The notes beneath the pieces are model-generated. The model ran no database searches and was not told where the DNA came from. It was given only the letters and a program-made list of their open reading frames with translations. From an uncultured Haloferula sp. (GTDB lineage: Bacteria > Verrucomicrobiota > Verrucomicrobiia > Verrucomicrobiales > Akkermansiaceae), in the NCBI GenBank assembly GCA_965652295.1, contig CBFGTS010000004.1, forward strand, positions 233,046 through 297,045: 64,000 nucleotides of DNA. Reading direction: 5' to 3'. This document shows, piece after piece, positions 42,298 to 51,125 of this stretch. The translations under genes were made by a program, and so were the position numbers. Each line of letters opens with the position of its first letter. Position 1 is the stretch's first letter.

Positions 42298-43380
42298 ATG
42301 TCAACGACCACACTGTCTCGCTTCGAGATTCCGAACCGCCTCGTCCGCAACGAGGAGACCGCGACCGATACCTACGCCCAGTTTGTGGCGGAACCCTTCG
42401 AGCGCGGCTACGGCCACACGCTCGGCAACTCGCTGCGTCGCGTGCTTCTCGGCTCCCTGGAAGGTGCCGCCATCACCTCCGTCCGCATCGCGGGCGTGCA
42501 GCATGAGTTCTCCAGTCTTCCCGGCGTGGTGGAGGATGTCACCGACATCATCCTCAACCTCAAGAAGGTGAAGTTCAAACACCACGGCAAGGAGGCCCGC
42601 ATCCTGACCCTCAAGGTCGAGAAAGAAGGCGTCGTGACTGCTGGTGACATTCAGGAGGACAACCACTACGAGGTCGTCAACAAGGACCAGGTCATCTGCC
42701 ACCTCGACAAGAAGGTGAAGTTCGACTGCGAGTTCGAAGTCCGCGTCGGCCGTGGTTTCTCCACCGGCGATGAGAACAAGCGCAAGGACCAGCCGATCGG
42801 CGTGATCGCCATCGACTCGATTTTCTCCCCCGTGACCCGCGTCAAGTATGCCGTCGACTCGACCCGTGTGGGTCAGATGACCGACTTCGACAAGCTGGTC
42901 CTCGACATCTGGACGGACGGCCGCATCACCCCGCAGGACTCGCTCTTGCAGGCATCCGCGATTCTCCGCCACCACCTTGATGTGTTCGTCAACTACGACG
43001 AGAACGCCGTTTCCTTCGAGGAAGCCCCGGCCGAAGCCAGCGAGGAGAACGCCGCGCTCAAGAAGCTTCTCAACATGTCGGTGAACGAGATCGAGCTTTC
43101 GGTCCGTGCCGCCAACTGCCTCAACAACGCGAACATCACCTCGGTGGGCCAGCTCGCGATGAAGACCGAGGCGGAAATGCTCAAGTACCGCAACTTCGGC
43201 AAGAAGTCGCTCAACGAAATCAAGGACAAGCTTTCCGAACTCGGCCTCGGCCTGGGAATGTCGCTGGATCCGTCGCTGCTCACCGGTCCGGTGGGAGCCA
43301 CGCCGGCGCCGCGCCTGGGTGTCGAAGACGAGGCTCCGGTCGGACTTGCCGACCTGATCGCCCAGAATCTCGACGACTAA
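42298..43380 (+). CDS. rpoA: RNA polymerase alpha subunit
   Basis: EPFERGYGHTLGNSLRRVLL, HEFS, IDSIFSPV, ELSVRAANCL, NFGKKSL.EI. Confidence 0.98.
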   Translation: MSTTTLSRFEIPNRLVRNEETATDTYAQFVAEPFERGYGHTLGNSLRRVLLGSLEGAAITSVRIAGVQHEFSSLPGVVEDVTDIILNLKKVKFKHHGKEARILTLKVEKEGVVTAGDIQEDNHYEVVNKDQVICHLDKKVKFDCEFEVRVGRGFSTGDENKRKDQPIGVIAIDSIFSPVTRVKYAVDSTRVGQMTDFDKLVLDIWTDGRITPQDSLLQASAILRHHLDVFVNYDENAVSFEEAPAEASEENAALKKLLNMSVNEIELSVRAANCLNNANITSVGQLAMKTEAEMLKYRNFGKKSLNEIKDKLSELGLGLGMSLDPSLLTGPVGATPAPRLGVEDEAPVGLADLIAQNLDD

Positions 43381-43404
43381 CCATTTAAGGAAGGGAAACA
43401 CCCG

Positions 43405-43884
43405 ATGAGACACCGTAGCAAAACCGTCAAACTGAAGCGCACCGCCGACCACCGTCGGGCGCTCCTCGCCAATCTGGCATGCAGCCTGATCGAGCACGGT
43501 CGGATCCGCACGACCCTTGCGAAAGCCAAGGCTCTCCGCCCGGTGGCGGAAAAGCTGGTGACGCTCGGCAAGCGCGGCGACCTGCACGCACGCCGCCAAG
43601 CCATCGCCTTCCTGCGTCACAAGGACGTGGCGAAGAAGCTGTTCGAAGAAGTCGCCCCGCTCGCCAAGGACCGACCGGGTGGTTATTGCCGGATCACCAA
43701 GCTTGGTGCCCGCATGACCGACTCCGCGCTGATGGCGGTGATCGAATGGGTCGACCAGCCGGACGCTGCCGAGGAGGAAGCCGTCGCGGTGGAAGCCAAG
43801 GCTGAAGAGGCCCCGGCCGCCGAGGAGGCAGCTCCTGCGAAGGAGGAATCCGAGGCTGCCGAAGCTTCGGAGAAGAAGGACTGA
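43405..43884 (+). CDS. rplQ: 50S ribosomal protein L17 with acidic tail
   Basis: [27 protein letters not shown]. Confidence 0.98.
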   Translation: MRHRSKTVKLKRTADHRRALLANLACSLIEHGRIRTTLAKAKALRPVAEKLVTLGKRGDLHARRQAIAFLRHKDVAKKLFEEVAPLAKDRPGGYCRITKLGARMTDSALMAVIEWVDQPDAAEEEAVAVEAKAEEAPAAEEAAPAKEESEAAEASEKKD

Positions 43885-43907
43885 GTTCTTCCGCCAACCA
43901 CGATCTC

Positions 43908-43943
43908 AAAGCGCCCGCGGGTTTCTCCCGCGGGCGCTTTTTT
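43908..43943. terminator. Rho-independent terminator after rplQ (possibly bidirectional)
   Basis: AAAGCGCCCGCGGG-TTTCT-CCCGCGGGCGCTTTTTT. Confidence 0.9.
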
Positions 43944-44029
43944 GTTGAAAATGGATGGGAGAGATGAGTCTTCGAGGCGGGAGCTTTGAGTTTCCCAGTG
44001 AGGCAAAAGCGGCGATGAATCGTCGCAGT

Positions 44030-45784
44030 CTAGAGTCGGCGACGTCGGAGCAGAGGAAGGGCGAAGCCGAGCAAAAGCAGGCTGCGGGGTTCGGGAACTG
44101 CGGTCGCGGTGGGGACGCTCCAGTGGATGTCGAGGGTCTCTGCGGTGAGATCGACCCACCACACCGGGTCGGTCGACGCATTGAAGCTGTCGCCCGGATT
44201 GATCCGGGTGCCTTGGCCGGAGGTGAAGCCCGTGAGGCTGTAGTTGCTGCCGGTCAGGGACGAGGCGGTGATCAGATTGATGGTGCCCCTCTGGATGCCG
44301 GCACCACCACGCGAACCCAAGTCGAGGTCGTAGCCATCGATCAGCAGCCCGTCCAAGGTGAGGCTTCCGTTGACGATGAGGCGTTCCAGCCGGTGATCCA
44401 GATCAAGGACGGCTCCAGGGCCTGCGGTGAAGGTCCCGGTGGCGTGGATTTCGCTCTGCGGCGAGTAGGCGGTGAGCGTTCCCCCGCTGCTCCAGATCAA
44501 GCGATCGGCTGTGCCGCGGTTGATGAGCGCGCCATCGATGGCGAGTGAACCACCTGTCAGTCGATAGGTGGAATATCCGCTTCCCACATCGACATTGCCC
44601 GCCACCCGGATGGTTCCGGCGCTTTGGTGGACGGTGGCTCCGCTGCCGGTCGCCAGATTCCCTCCAACGGAAAGAGCGGTTCCGGAAAGATGAAGAACGG
44701 TGTCCCAGTCGTCGACCTTCAGGTTGCCACCGATGTGGGCTGACCCGCCGGTGAAACGGGCGGTGGTGCTGAGGTTGAGTCCGAGATCACTTCCGGTGGA
44801 GAAGCTGCCGCCGGAAAGATCGAAGTTGGAGTGGTAGCCATTGCTGACGCCGAAGGTGGCGGTGCCTGCGAACTGGCTGACGCCGCCGGACTGGGTGAAG
44901 GTTCCGGAGTTTCCTCTGCCTACCTCCAGAAGACCGCCTTGTAGGGTTCCTCCGGAAAGCTCAACCTGGGATCCGCCTGCGGAGGATGATGCGCCGACCT
45001 TGATCGCTCCGCCGGTGGAGAAAGTGCCGCCGGACTGGCTGAAGCTGGCGGTCGATGACTGCCCCACGGTCAAAGAGCCGGTTTCGATGCGGCCGGAAGA
45101 GAGGGAGGCCGAGCTGCCGGCGGTGGCACCGCTCCGGCCGATGACGGTGTCGCCCCCGACGAGCAAGCGGCCGCCCGCCACCTTGAGGTGGCCCTTCGTC
45201 ACGCGTCCGATGTCCAGGTTTTCCTCAACGCTCCAAGAGCCTCCGGTGAGATGGACCGGGGAATCCGACCCACCCCAACCTGTGGCGATGCCGGCACTCC
45301 GGTCGGAGGTCACCGTGCCGCCGGAAATCACGAGCGTGGCGGATGCTAGGTCGCCGACTTCGAGCTCGTGGCCGATGGTGAGGGTGGATTCGTCCGCGAC
45401 GCTGAAGGTGGTCGATGCCGCATTCCAAACGCCGGAGAGCGTCAGGTCTCCCTTGACGTCCATCCTGGCGGCATCGGAAAGGGTGACGGTGGCAGCCGAG
45501 GCCGTAAGATGGTTCTGGGAGGCAACCCGGGCCGTGCCGCCCATGGCCAGATTGGTGCCGTCCAAGTCGCCGCGGTTCCGGATGGTGGCAGTGGCGGCAC
45601 CGGAAATGGAGCCGACATTGCCCGGACCGGATAGGCCGGCGGACCAGTTCGAGGCAGAGTCGATCAGTCCTCCTGACGGGCCGCCTGTCCACACGGTGAC
45701 TCCTGCGCACGGGGATGCGCATGAAAGGAGGGTGCACAGGCAAAGGGGAAGACCAACCGAACGGGGGTGTTCGGGAGGTAGCAT
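44030..45784 (-). CDS. PEP-CTERM surface protein with Gly/Ser/Thr-rich beta-solenoid repeats
   Basis: Signal peptide; repeated (L/F)SGG..V.G units; C-terminal VPEPRSLLLLGFALPLLRRRR. Confidence 0.9.
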   Translation of the reverse strand: MLPPEHPRSVGLPLCLCTLLSCASPCAGVTVWTGGPSGGLIDSASNWSAGLSGPGNVGSISGAATATIRNRGDLDGTNLAMGGTARVASQNHLTASAATVTLSDAARMDVKGDLTLSGVWNAASTTFSVADESTLTIGHELEVGDLASATLVISGGTVTSDRSAGIATGWGGSDSPVHLTGGSWSVEENLDIGRVTKGHLKVAGGRLLVGGDTVIGRSGATAGSSASLSSGRIETGSLTVGQSSTASFSQSGGTFSTGGAIKVGASSSAGGSQVELSGGTLQGGLLEVGRGNSGTFTQSGGVSQFAGTATFGVSNGYHSNFDLSGGSFSTGSDLGLNLSTTARFTGGSAHIGGNLKVDDWDTVLHLSGTALSVGGNLATGSGATVHQSAGTIRVAGNVDVGSGYSTYRLTGGSLAIDGALINRGTADRLIWSSGGTLTAYSPQSEIHATGTFTAGPGAVLDLDHRLERLIVNGSLTLDGLLIDGYDLDLGSRGGAGIQRGTINLITASSLTGSNYSLTGFTSGQGTRINPGDSFNASTDPVWWVDLTAETLDIHWSVPTATAVPEPRSLLLLGFALPLLRRRRL

Positions 45785-45858
45785 GGGGGCTGCCGCCTGT
45801 TTATTACCCGATTTTAGATAATCAAGGTCTTTTAACTAAAAATTTCAAAAATCTTTGA

Positions 45859-46308
45859 TCAAGAGGGGGAGTGGCCCTCGGAATGAGTGGCGCAGTGGTC
45901 GCAGCGGACCCACCCGGAGGTGCCATCGGTGAAATGTTCCTTTTTCCAGATGGGGACCCGCGCCTTTACTTCGTCGATGATGTATCGGCAGGCGTCGAAG
46001 GCGGCGTCCCGGTGGGCGGCGGAAACGCAGACGACGACGGCGAGACCACCGATTCCGATCTCTCCGATGCGGTGGATGCAGGACGCGTGGAGGATTTCGA
46101 AGCGTTCCCGGGCCTCCGTGAGAATGCGCTGACCTTCCTTTTCCGCGAGCGGTGCGTAGGCTTCGTATTCGAGGTGATCCACGCAGCGACCTTCGTGATG
46201 GTTGCGGACCCAGCCTTCGAACGAGCAGAAGCCGCCGGCCGCGGGATCGAGAACGGCGTCGCGGAGGGCTTGGGGGTCGAGGGGGGTGGACTGAATGTGA
46301 AAGGACAT
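45859..46308 (-). CDS. moaE: Molybdopterin synthase catalytic subunit
   Basis: F.G.VRN, L.YEAY..LA, HR.G, SAAHR..AF.A...IDE.K..VPIWKKE. Confidence 0.95.
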   Translation of the reverse strand: MSFHIQSTPLDPQALRDAVLDPAAGGFCSFEGWVRNHHEGRCVDHLEYEAYAPLAEKEGQRILTEARERFEILHASCIHRIGEIGIGGLAVVVCVSAAHRDAAFDACRYIIDEVKARVPIWKKEHFTDGTSGWVRCDHCATHSEGHSPS

Positions 46309-46318
46309 GAGGATGGCG

Positions 46319-47137
46319 CTAACCCCCGGCGACGGGTGGAATGAAGACGATCTCGTCCCCGGCTTCGAGAAGCGTGGACCATTCGCAGAAATCACCGTTG
46401 CGGGCGCAGCGGAGGGCGCTGGATTCGAGGGGCAGACGGTGGAGGAAGCGCAGCTCCTCGTAGAGGCCGCCGACGGTGCAGGCGAGGGTTTCGAAGTTTT
46501 CTTCGTCAAGCCCCCGCGCCTCGCGCAGCTTGGCGAAGTAGAGGATCTTGACCGGCTTCGGGCGCACGCCGTGGCGGAGCTTGGTGAAGGCTTCGTCGAG
46601 TTCGGTCGGGGAGTTGGCGTTGTCGAGTGCCGCGGGGTGAGGGAGGTCGACCAGGGCGGGTTCGAGGGCTTCGAGGAAGTGGCGGGCGCAGAGTTTTTGG
46701 CGGGCGACGACCTCGGCGACGCGGGACAGGGACGATGGCTCGAAAATGGCACACAGGGGCTCCGGTCGGCCGTCGAGCCGGTTCGGGAAGCAAGTGGCGG
46801 GGCGGGATGGATCCCGGTGTTCGAGCAGATGCCCGAGGGTCGCCGGGTCGAGGAGGAAGAGATCGCAGCCGAGAAGCAGAACCGCTTCGGAGGGATGCGC
46901 GGTGTGGAAGGCTTCCAAGGCGGCGAGTGGTCCGCTGCCGGGATGGAGGTCGGCGAGGGTGGGCACTCCAGGAGGGGAGAGATCGGGCTCGTTGGTGGAC
47001 ACGATCACGTCCTCGGTGACAGAGCGGGCAAGGGTCAGGAGATGGTTGATTTGACGGATGCCATCGGGGCGGAGAATCGTGGCCTTGTCGCGGCCCATGC
47101 GGCGGCTGCGACCACCGGCGAGAATGAGGGTTTTCAT
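46319..47137 (-). CDS. mobA: MobA (Moco guanylyltransferase)-MoaD (sulfur carrier) fusion
   Basis: ILAGG.SRRMG.DKA, GPL, CD, EPL; C-terminal YFA.LRE..G...GDEIVFIPPVAGG. Confidence 0.9.
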   Translation of the reverse strand: MKTLILAGGRSRRMGRDKATILRPDGIRQINHLLTLARSVTEDVIVSTNEPDLSPPGVPTLADLHPGSGPLAALEAFHTAHPSEAVLLLGCDLFLLDPATLGHLLEHRDPSRPATCFPNRLDGRPEPLCAIFEPSSLSRVAEVVARQKLCARHFLEALEPALVDLPHPAALDNANSPTELDEAFTKLRHGVRPKPVKILYFAKLREARGLDEENFETLACTVGGLYEELRFLHRLPLESSALRCARNGDFCEWSTLLEAGDEIVFIPPVAGG

Positions 47138-47140
47138 AAA

Positions 47141-47243
47141 AGCTGAAACACTGAAATGGTGAAAAACTGAAAGGCGAAGCGCCGGAGAAGCTGAGGGAGC
47201 GCGGGTTTTGACTTCAGCATCTCAGCTTTTTGGCTTTTCAGCG
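47141..47243. repeat. Octamer inverted mini-repeat between moaC and mobA
   Basis: AGCTGAAA CACTGAAA TGGTGAAA AACTGAAA ... CTTCAGCA TCTCAGCT TTTTGGCT TTTCAGCG. Confidence 0.7.
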
Positions 47244-47710
47244 TTTACCCGGAAGTCGGACTTGCCGCCGGTCTTTTCGAGCAGGCGGATCTGGGAGATG
47301 ACGATGGCGGGATCAAGGGCCTTGCACATGTCGTGCAGGGTGAGGGCGGCGATCGAGACCCCGGTCAGGGCCTCCATTTCGACGCCGGTTTTTCCCGTGG
47401 TCTTGGCGGTGCAGCGGATCGTCGCGGTGCGGTCGGCGAAGGTGATGTCGATCTTGACGCTGTCGAGCGGCAGCGGATGGCAGAGGGGAATGAGGTTGCT
47501 GGTCTGTTTGGCGCCCATGACCCCGGCGAGGATCGCGGTTTGGAAGACCGGACCTTTTTTTGAAACCAGGTCGGTGCCGTCGAATTGCGCGGCGACGGCT
47601 TCATTGACCGTGACCTGGGCTTCGGCGGTGGCAACGCGGGTGGTGATCTCCTTGCTGGAGACGTCGACCATGGAGGCTTTGTTGGATTCGTCGATGTGGG
47701 AGAGGGACAT
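47222..47710 (-). CDS. moaC: Cyclic pyranopterin monophosphate synthase
   Basis: LSH, MVDV..K, KKG.V, LIPLCHP, TGVEMEAL, DM.KA, K.GGKS. Confidence 0.97.
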   Translation of the reverse strand: MSLSHIDESNKASMVDVSSKEITTRVATAEAQVTVNEAVAAQFDGTDLVSKKGPVFQTAILAGVMGAKQTSNLIPLCHPLPLDSVKIDITFADRTATIRCTAKTTGKTGVEMEALTGVSIAALTLHDMCKALDPAIVISQIRLLEKTGGKSDFRVNAEKPKS

Positions 47711-47725
47711 GAGAGGGGCGGGTGA

Positions 47726-48889
47726 TCAGTGAGCGGTGATCAGTGGGAAATAGGTGACGAGGGTGTTCATCTCAAAGCTCGGAGCGGGCGGGATTTCCAG
47801 AAAGCCGGCGAGGCTTGAGACCGAGACGAAGTCGCCGGAATTGCGGGGTGGCAAGGGATTTCCGGCAGCATCGAGACCGAGGAACCAGGCGAGCTTGGGG
47901 AGCGGTGCGATGCCTTCGGGGATCAGGCATCGGCGGGCATGGGGTTCGCGGCCCTGGCGTCGGACGAGGTGGGGAAGCACGTAGCGGGTGAAGGTGGCCA
48001 GGACCGAAACGGGATTGCCGGGGAGGGCGAAAACGGTCGGGGGGCCGGGCCAGAAGGCGAACGGTTTGCCGGGGCGCTGGCGGACGCCGTGGAAGGCGGG
48101 CGGGCCCAGCTTTTCCTCAAGCAGCGGGCGGATGAGGTCGCGTTTTCCCTTGGAAATGCCGCCGCAGAGGATGAGGACATCGGCGCTTTCGAGCGCTTCG
48201 TGGAGGACGCGACGCGAGGTGCCAGGTTCGTCGGGAATGTGGTGGGGGACGGGATCGTGACCGAGATGGCGCAGCATGGCTTCGAGCATGGGGCCATTGG
48301 AGCGACGGATCTGCCACGGCTCGGGAGTCGCGGTGATCTCGACCACTTCGTCGCCGCTGGTGATGAGTGCGATGCGGGGGAGGGCGGCGACTTCGGGATG
48401 GGAGACGCCAACGGATGCGGCGATGGCGACCTCGGCGGGTCCGATGAGACGGCCGGCGGGGACGAGGATGTCGCCCGCTTTGGCGTCGCTGCCTGCGGTG
48501 TGGATGAACTGGCCGGGTTGGAAAGGCTCACGGACGTTGGAGAAGTCGTCGCTGAGATCCTCGTAAGGGATGACGGTGTCGCAATCGGCGGGGACGCACG
48601 CTCCGGTCATGATTTCCCAGGCGTGGTGGGGTTTGAGAGGAGGTGGGGGAGGATCGCCCGCGGCGTGGAGACCTTGGATCTGGATGGGGCTTTGGCGGAT
48701 GGAATCCGCCGCCACGGCGATGCCGTCCATCATCGAGCGTGGATAGGGAGGGAGATCTCGATCCGCCGTAAGGGAAGTGGCCAGGGTTCTGCCAATGGCA
48801 TCGGCCAGCGACACGCGCTCGATGGGGATTGGCGGACGGCCCCGCGCAATGATGGCGTCGGCTTCGGCGGTGGAGATGAGGCGATCCAC
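47726..48889 (-). CDS. moeA: Molybdopterin molybdotransferase
   Basis: SMMDG.A, IMTGA..P, SGDE, SNGPML, GG.S.G..D, RPGKP, LPGNPVS. Confidence 0.95.
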   Translation of the reverse strand: MDRLISTAEADAIIARGRPPIPIERVSLADAIGRTLATSLTADRDLPPYPRSMMDGIAVAADSIRQSPIQIQGLHAAGDPPPPPLKPHHAWEIMTGACVPADCDTVIPYEDLSDDFSNVREPFQPGQFIHTAGSDAKAGDILVPAGRLIGPAEVAIAASVGVSHPEVAALPRIALITSGDEVVEITATPEPWQIRRSNGPMLEAMLRHLGHDPVPHHIPDEPGTSRRVLHEALESADVLILCGGISKGKRDLIRPLLEEKLGPPAFHGVRQRPGKPFAFWPGPPTVFALPGNPVSVLATFTRYVLPHLVRRQGREPHARRCLIPEGIAPLPKLAWFLGLDAAGNPLPPRNSGDFVSVSSLAGFLEIPPAPSFEMNTLVTYFPLITAH

Positions 48890-48950
48890 GAGCGGTGTCG
48901 GTTGGGGTCAACTGGAAAGGTCGTCGCGAAGGAGCGGATTCGCCGTCGGT

Positions 48951-49448
48951 CTAGCGCGTTTTCGGGCGGGGCTCGATTTGGACGGGGCCCGTGCGCAGGG
49001 TTCCTGAGACGAGAATGCGGCAGCGCAGGCCGCCACGGCCTTTCATGAGGGCCTCGGTGCCCGGCCTGCCGCAGGCACGGTCCATCCAGTAGCAGGGACT
49101 GCATTCCTGCGTGCCTTCCAACAGGATGCCGTTGAGCTCGAAACGTTCGCCCACCAGCGAGTTGAGATCGATACCGGAGATCACCACATTGCGCCGGAAA
49201 GCGGAGGCGGGCAGACCGGGGTTGCCGGCGTGGTCGCGGATGGCATCGACCACGGCGAGGTCGATGAAGGTGACCTGACCCTTGTAGTCGTCCTTGAAAT
49301 CGAAGAAGCGGTCGCCGGGGATACCGCGGCCGGCCACGAGTTCGATCGCCTCGTGCTCCTCGATTCCGTGCTCTCCGGGAGGTTTTTCGTGGTGGCCGAA
49401 GTAATTGTGGCCCGCCGAGGTGTAGAGGTGGTGGATCGTCGCGGTCAC
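48951..49448 (-). CDS. MOSC domain protein (start uncertain)
   Basis: G.G.GDR, FRRNVV.SG, C.PC.WMD, GRGGLR. Confidence 0.85.
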   Translation of the reverse strand: MTATIHHLYTSAGHNYFGHHEKPPGEHGIEEHEAIELVAGRGIPGDRFFDFKDDYKGQVTFIDLAVVDAIRDHAGNPGLPASAFRRNVVISGIDLNSLVGERFELNGILLEGTQECSPCYWMDRACGRPGTEALMKGRGGLRCRILVSGTLRTGPVQIEPRPKTR

Positions 49449-49615
49449 GGAGATGAGTTTCGTCGGATTGAAGGGAACATCAAGGGCCTGCGCACGGCTT
49501 GCGGAAGACGGCGCGGGGCTTGCGCGGGAGGGCGAATGATCTTCTCCCCGGCGCCGAGGGTCCGGAGTATTGCGGAGAGGGACTCCGCGCACTGCGAAGC
49601 CCCCCGCAACTCATC

Positions 49616-51046
49616 ATGGAACTTCCCCGCATCATCCAAGGAGGCATGGGCCTCGGCATCTCGAACTGGCGGCTTGCGCGTGCCGTCTCCGCGCTCGGTC
49701 AGCTCGGCGTGGTTTCGGGCACGGCGATCGATCTGATCCTGACCCGCCGGCTTCAGGCAGGCGATGCGGGTGGGCACATGCGGCGGGCGCTGGCGGCCTT
49801 TCCGGACCAGAGCATGGCGGCGCGGGTGCTGGATCGGTATTTCGTCGAGGGGGGGAAGCCGGCGGCCGATGCCTTTGCGGCGAAGCCGATGGTGGGGGAG
49901 AAGCAGGGCACTCGGCTGGAGGAACTGATGGTCGTTGCGAACTTCGCCGAGGTGTACCTGGCGAAGGAAGGCCATGATGGCATGGTGGGGATCAACTTCC
50001 TGCACAAGATCCAGACGCCGATGCTGCCGTCGTTGCTCGGCGCGATGCTGGCGGGGGTGGGTGTGGTGCTGATCGGCGCGGGCATTCCGCTGGAAATCCC
50101 CGCTATTCTCGACCGTCTCGCGGCTTGGAAGGATGTGGAATTCGGTCTGCACGTGACCGGGGCAAGTACGGATCACAAGATGACCTTCGACCCGAAGTCG
50201 TTGTTTCCGGACGACCGGCCGCAGCTGAGCCGACCGCTGTTTTTCCCGATCGTGTCGTCGGTGACGCTGGCGACGATGCTGGTGAAGAAGAGCAAGGGGA
50301 AAGTCGATGGTCTGGTGGTGGAGGACCCGACGGCGGGGGGGCACAATGCGCCGCCACGGGGCGCGTTGAAGCTGAATGACGCGGGGGAGCCGGTCTACGG
50401 TCCACGCGACGAGGTCGACCCCGCAGCGATCGCGGCATTGGGATTGCCGTTCTGGCTGGCGGGATCGAACGGGAGTCCGGAAAAGCTTCAGGAAGCGATC
50501 GAGGCCGGCGCGAACGGCATCCAGGTCGGGACCTTGTTCGCGTTCTGCGAGGAGTCGGGGCTGCGTGAGGATTTGAAAAAGGAGGCGATCGAGACGGCGC
50601 GGCGGGGCGAATCGGAGGTCTTCCGGGACCCTTCGGCCTCGCCGACGGGGTTCCCCTTCCAGGTGCTCTCGGTGCCGGGAACGCTTTCGGAGGAGTCCGT
50701 CTACGGCGAACGTCGTAGGATGTGTGACCTGGGTTATTTGCGCGAGGCCTACGAGCGCGAGGACGGCACGGTGGGCTGGCGATGCCCAGCGGAGAAGCCG
50801 GAGGATTTCGTGAAAAAAGGCGGCAGGGCGGAGGAAGCCCAGGGGCGGAAGTGCCTGTGCAACAGCTTGATGGCGAACATCGGGCTCGGGCAGGTGCGCG
50901 GAGGGGTGGAAGAGCTGCCGCTGCTGACTTGCGGCAAGGATCTGTCGGGAGTCGCGAAGCTGCTGGAGCCTGGAAGGCCGGACTACTCGGCGCGGGAGGC
51001 ATTGGAGTTCATCCTGCAAGGGAGCGGAGTGGCGATGACCGGTTGA
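49616..51046 (+). CDS. Nitronate monooxygenase-family flavoprotein
   Basis: IIQGGMG, GAGIP, AGGHN, GIQVGT.F; Cys-rich C-terminus (CDLG, RCP, CLCN). Confidence 0.8.
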   Translation: MELPRIIQGGMGLGISNWRLARAVSALGQLGVVSGTAIDLILTRRLQAGDAGGHMRRALAAFPDQSMAARVLDRYFVEGGKPAADAFAAKPMVGEKQGTRLEELMVVANFAEVYLAKEGHDGMVGINFLHKIQTPMLPSLLGAMLAGVGVVLIGAGIPLEIPAILDRLAAWKDVEFGLHVTGASTDHKMTFDPKSLFPDDRPQLSRPLFFPIVSSVTLATMLVKKSKGKVDGLVVEDPTAGGHNAPPRGALKLNDAGEPVYGPRDEVDPAAIAALGLPFWLAGSNGSPEKLQEAIEAGANGIQVGTLFAFCEESGLREDLKKEAIETARRGESEVFRDPSASPTGFPFQVLSVPGTLSEESVYGERRRMCDLGYLREAYEREDGTVGWRCPAEKPEDFVKKGGRAEEAQGRKCLCNSLMANIGLGQVRGGVEELPLLTCGKDLSGVAKLLEPGRPDYSAREALEFILQGSGVAMTG

Positions 51047-51125
51047 GAGGATGGAGACCACTTGGCGGGAGACAGTCGGCCGTTCATGACCGGGGGGCGC
51101 GGCTGCGGAACCACTGGCAGGAGGA

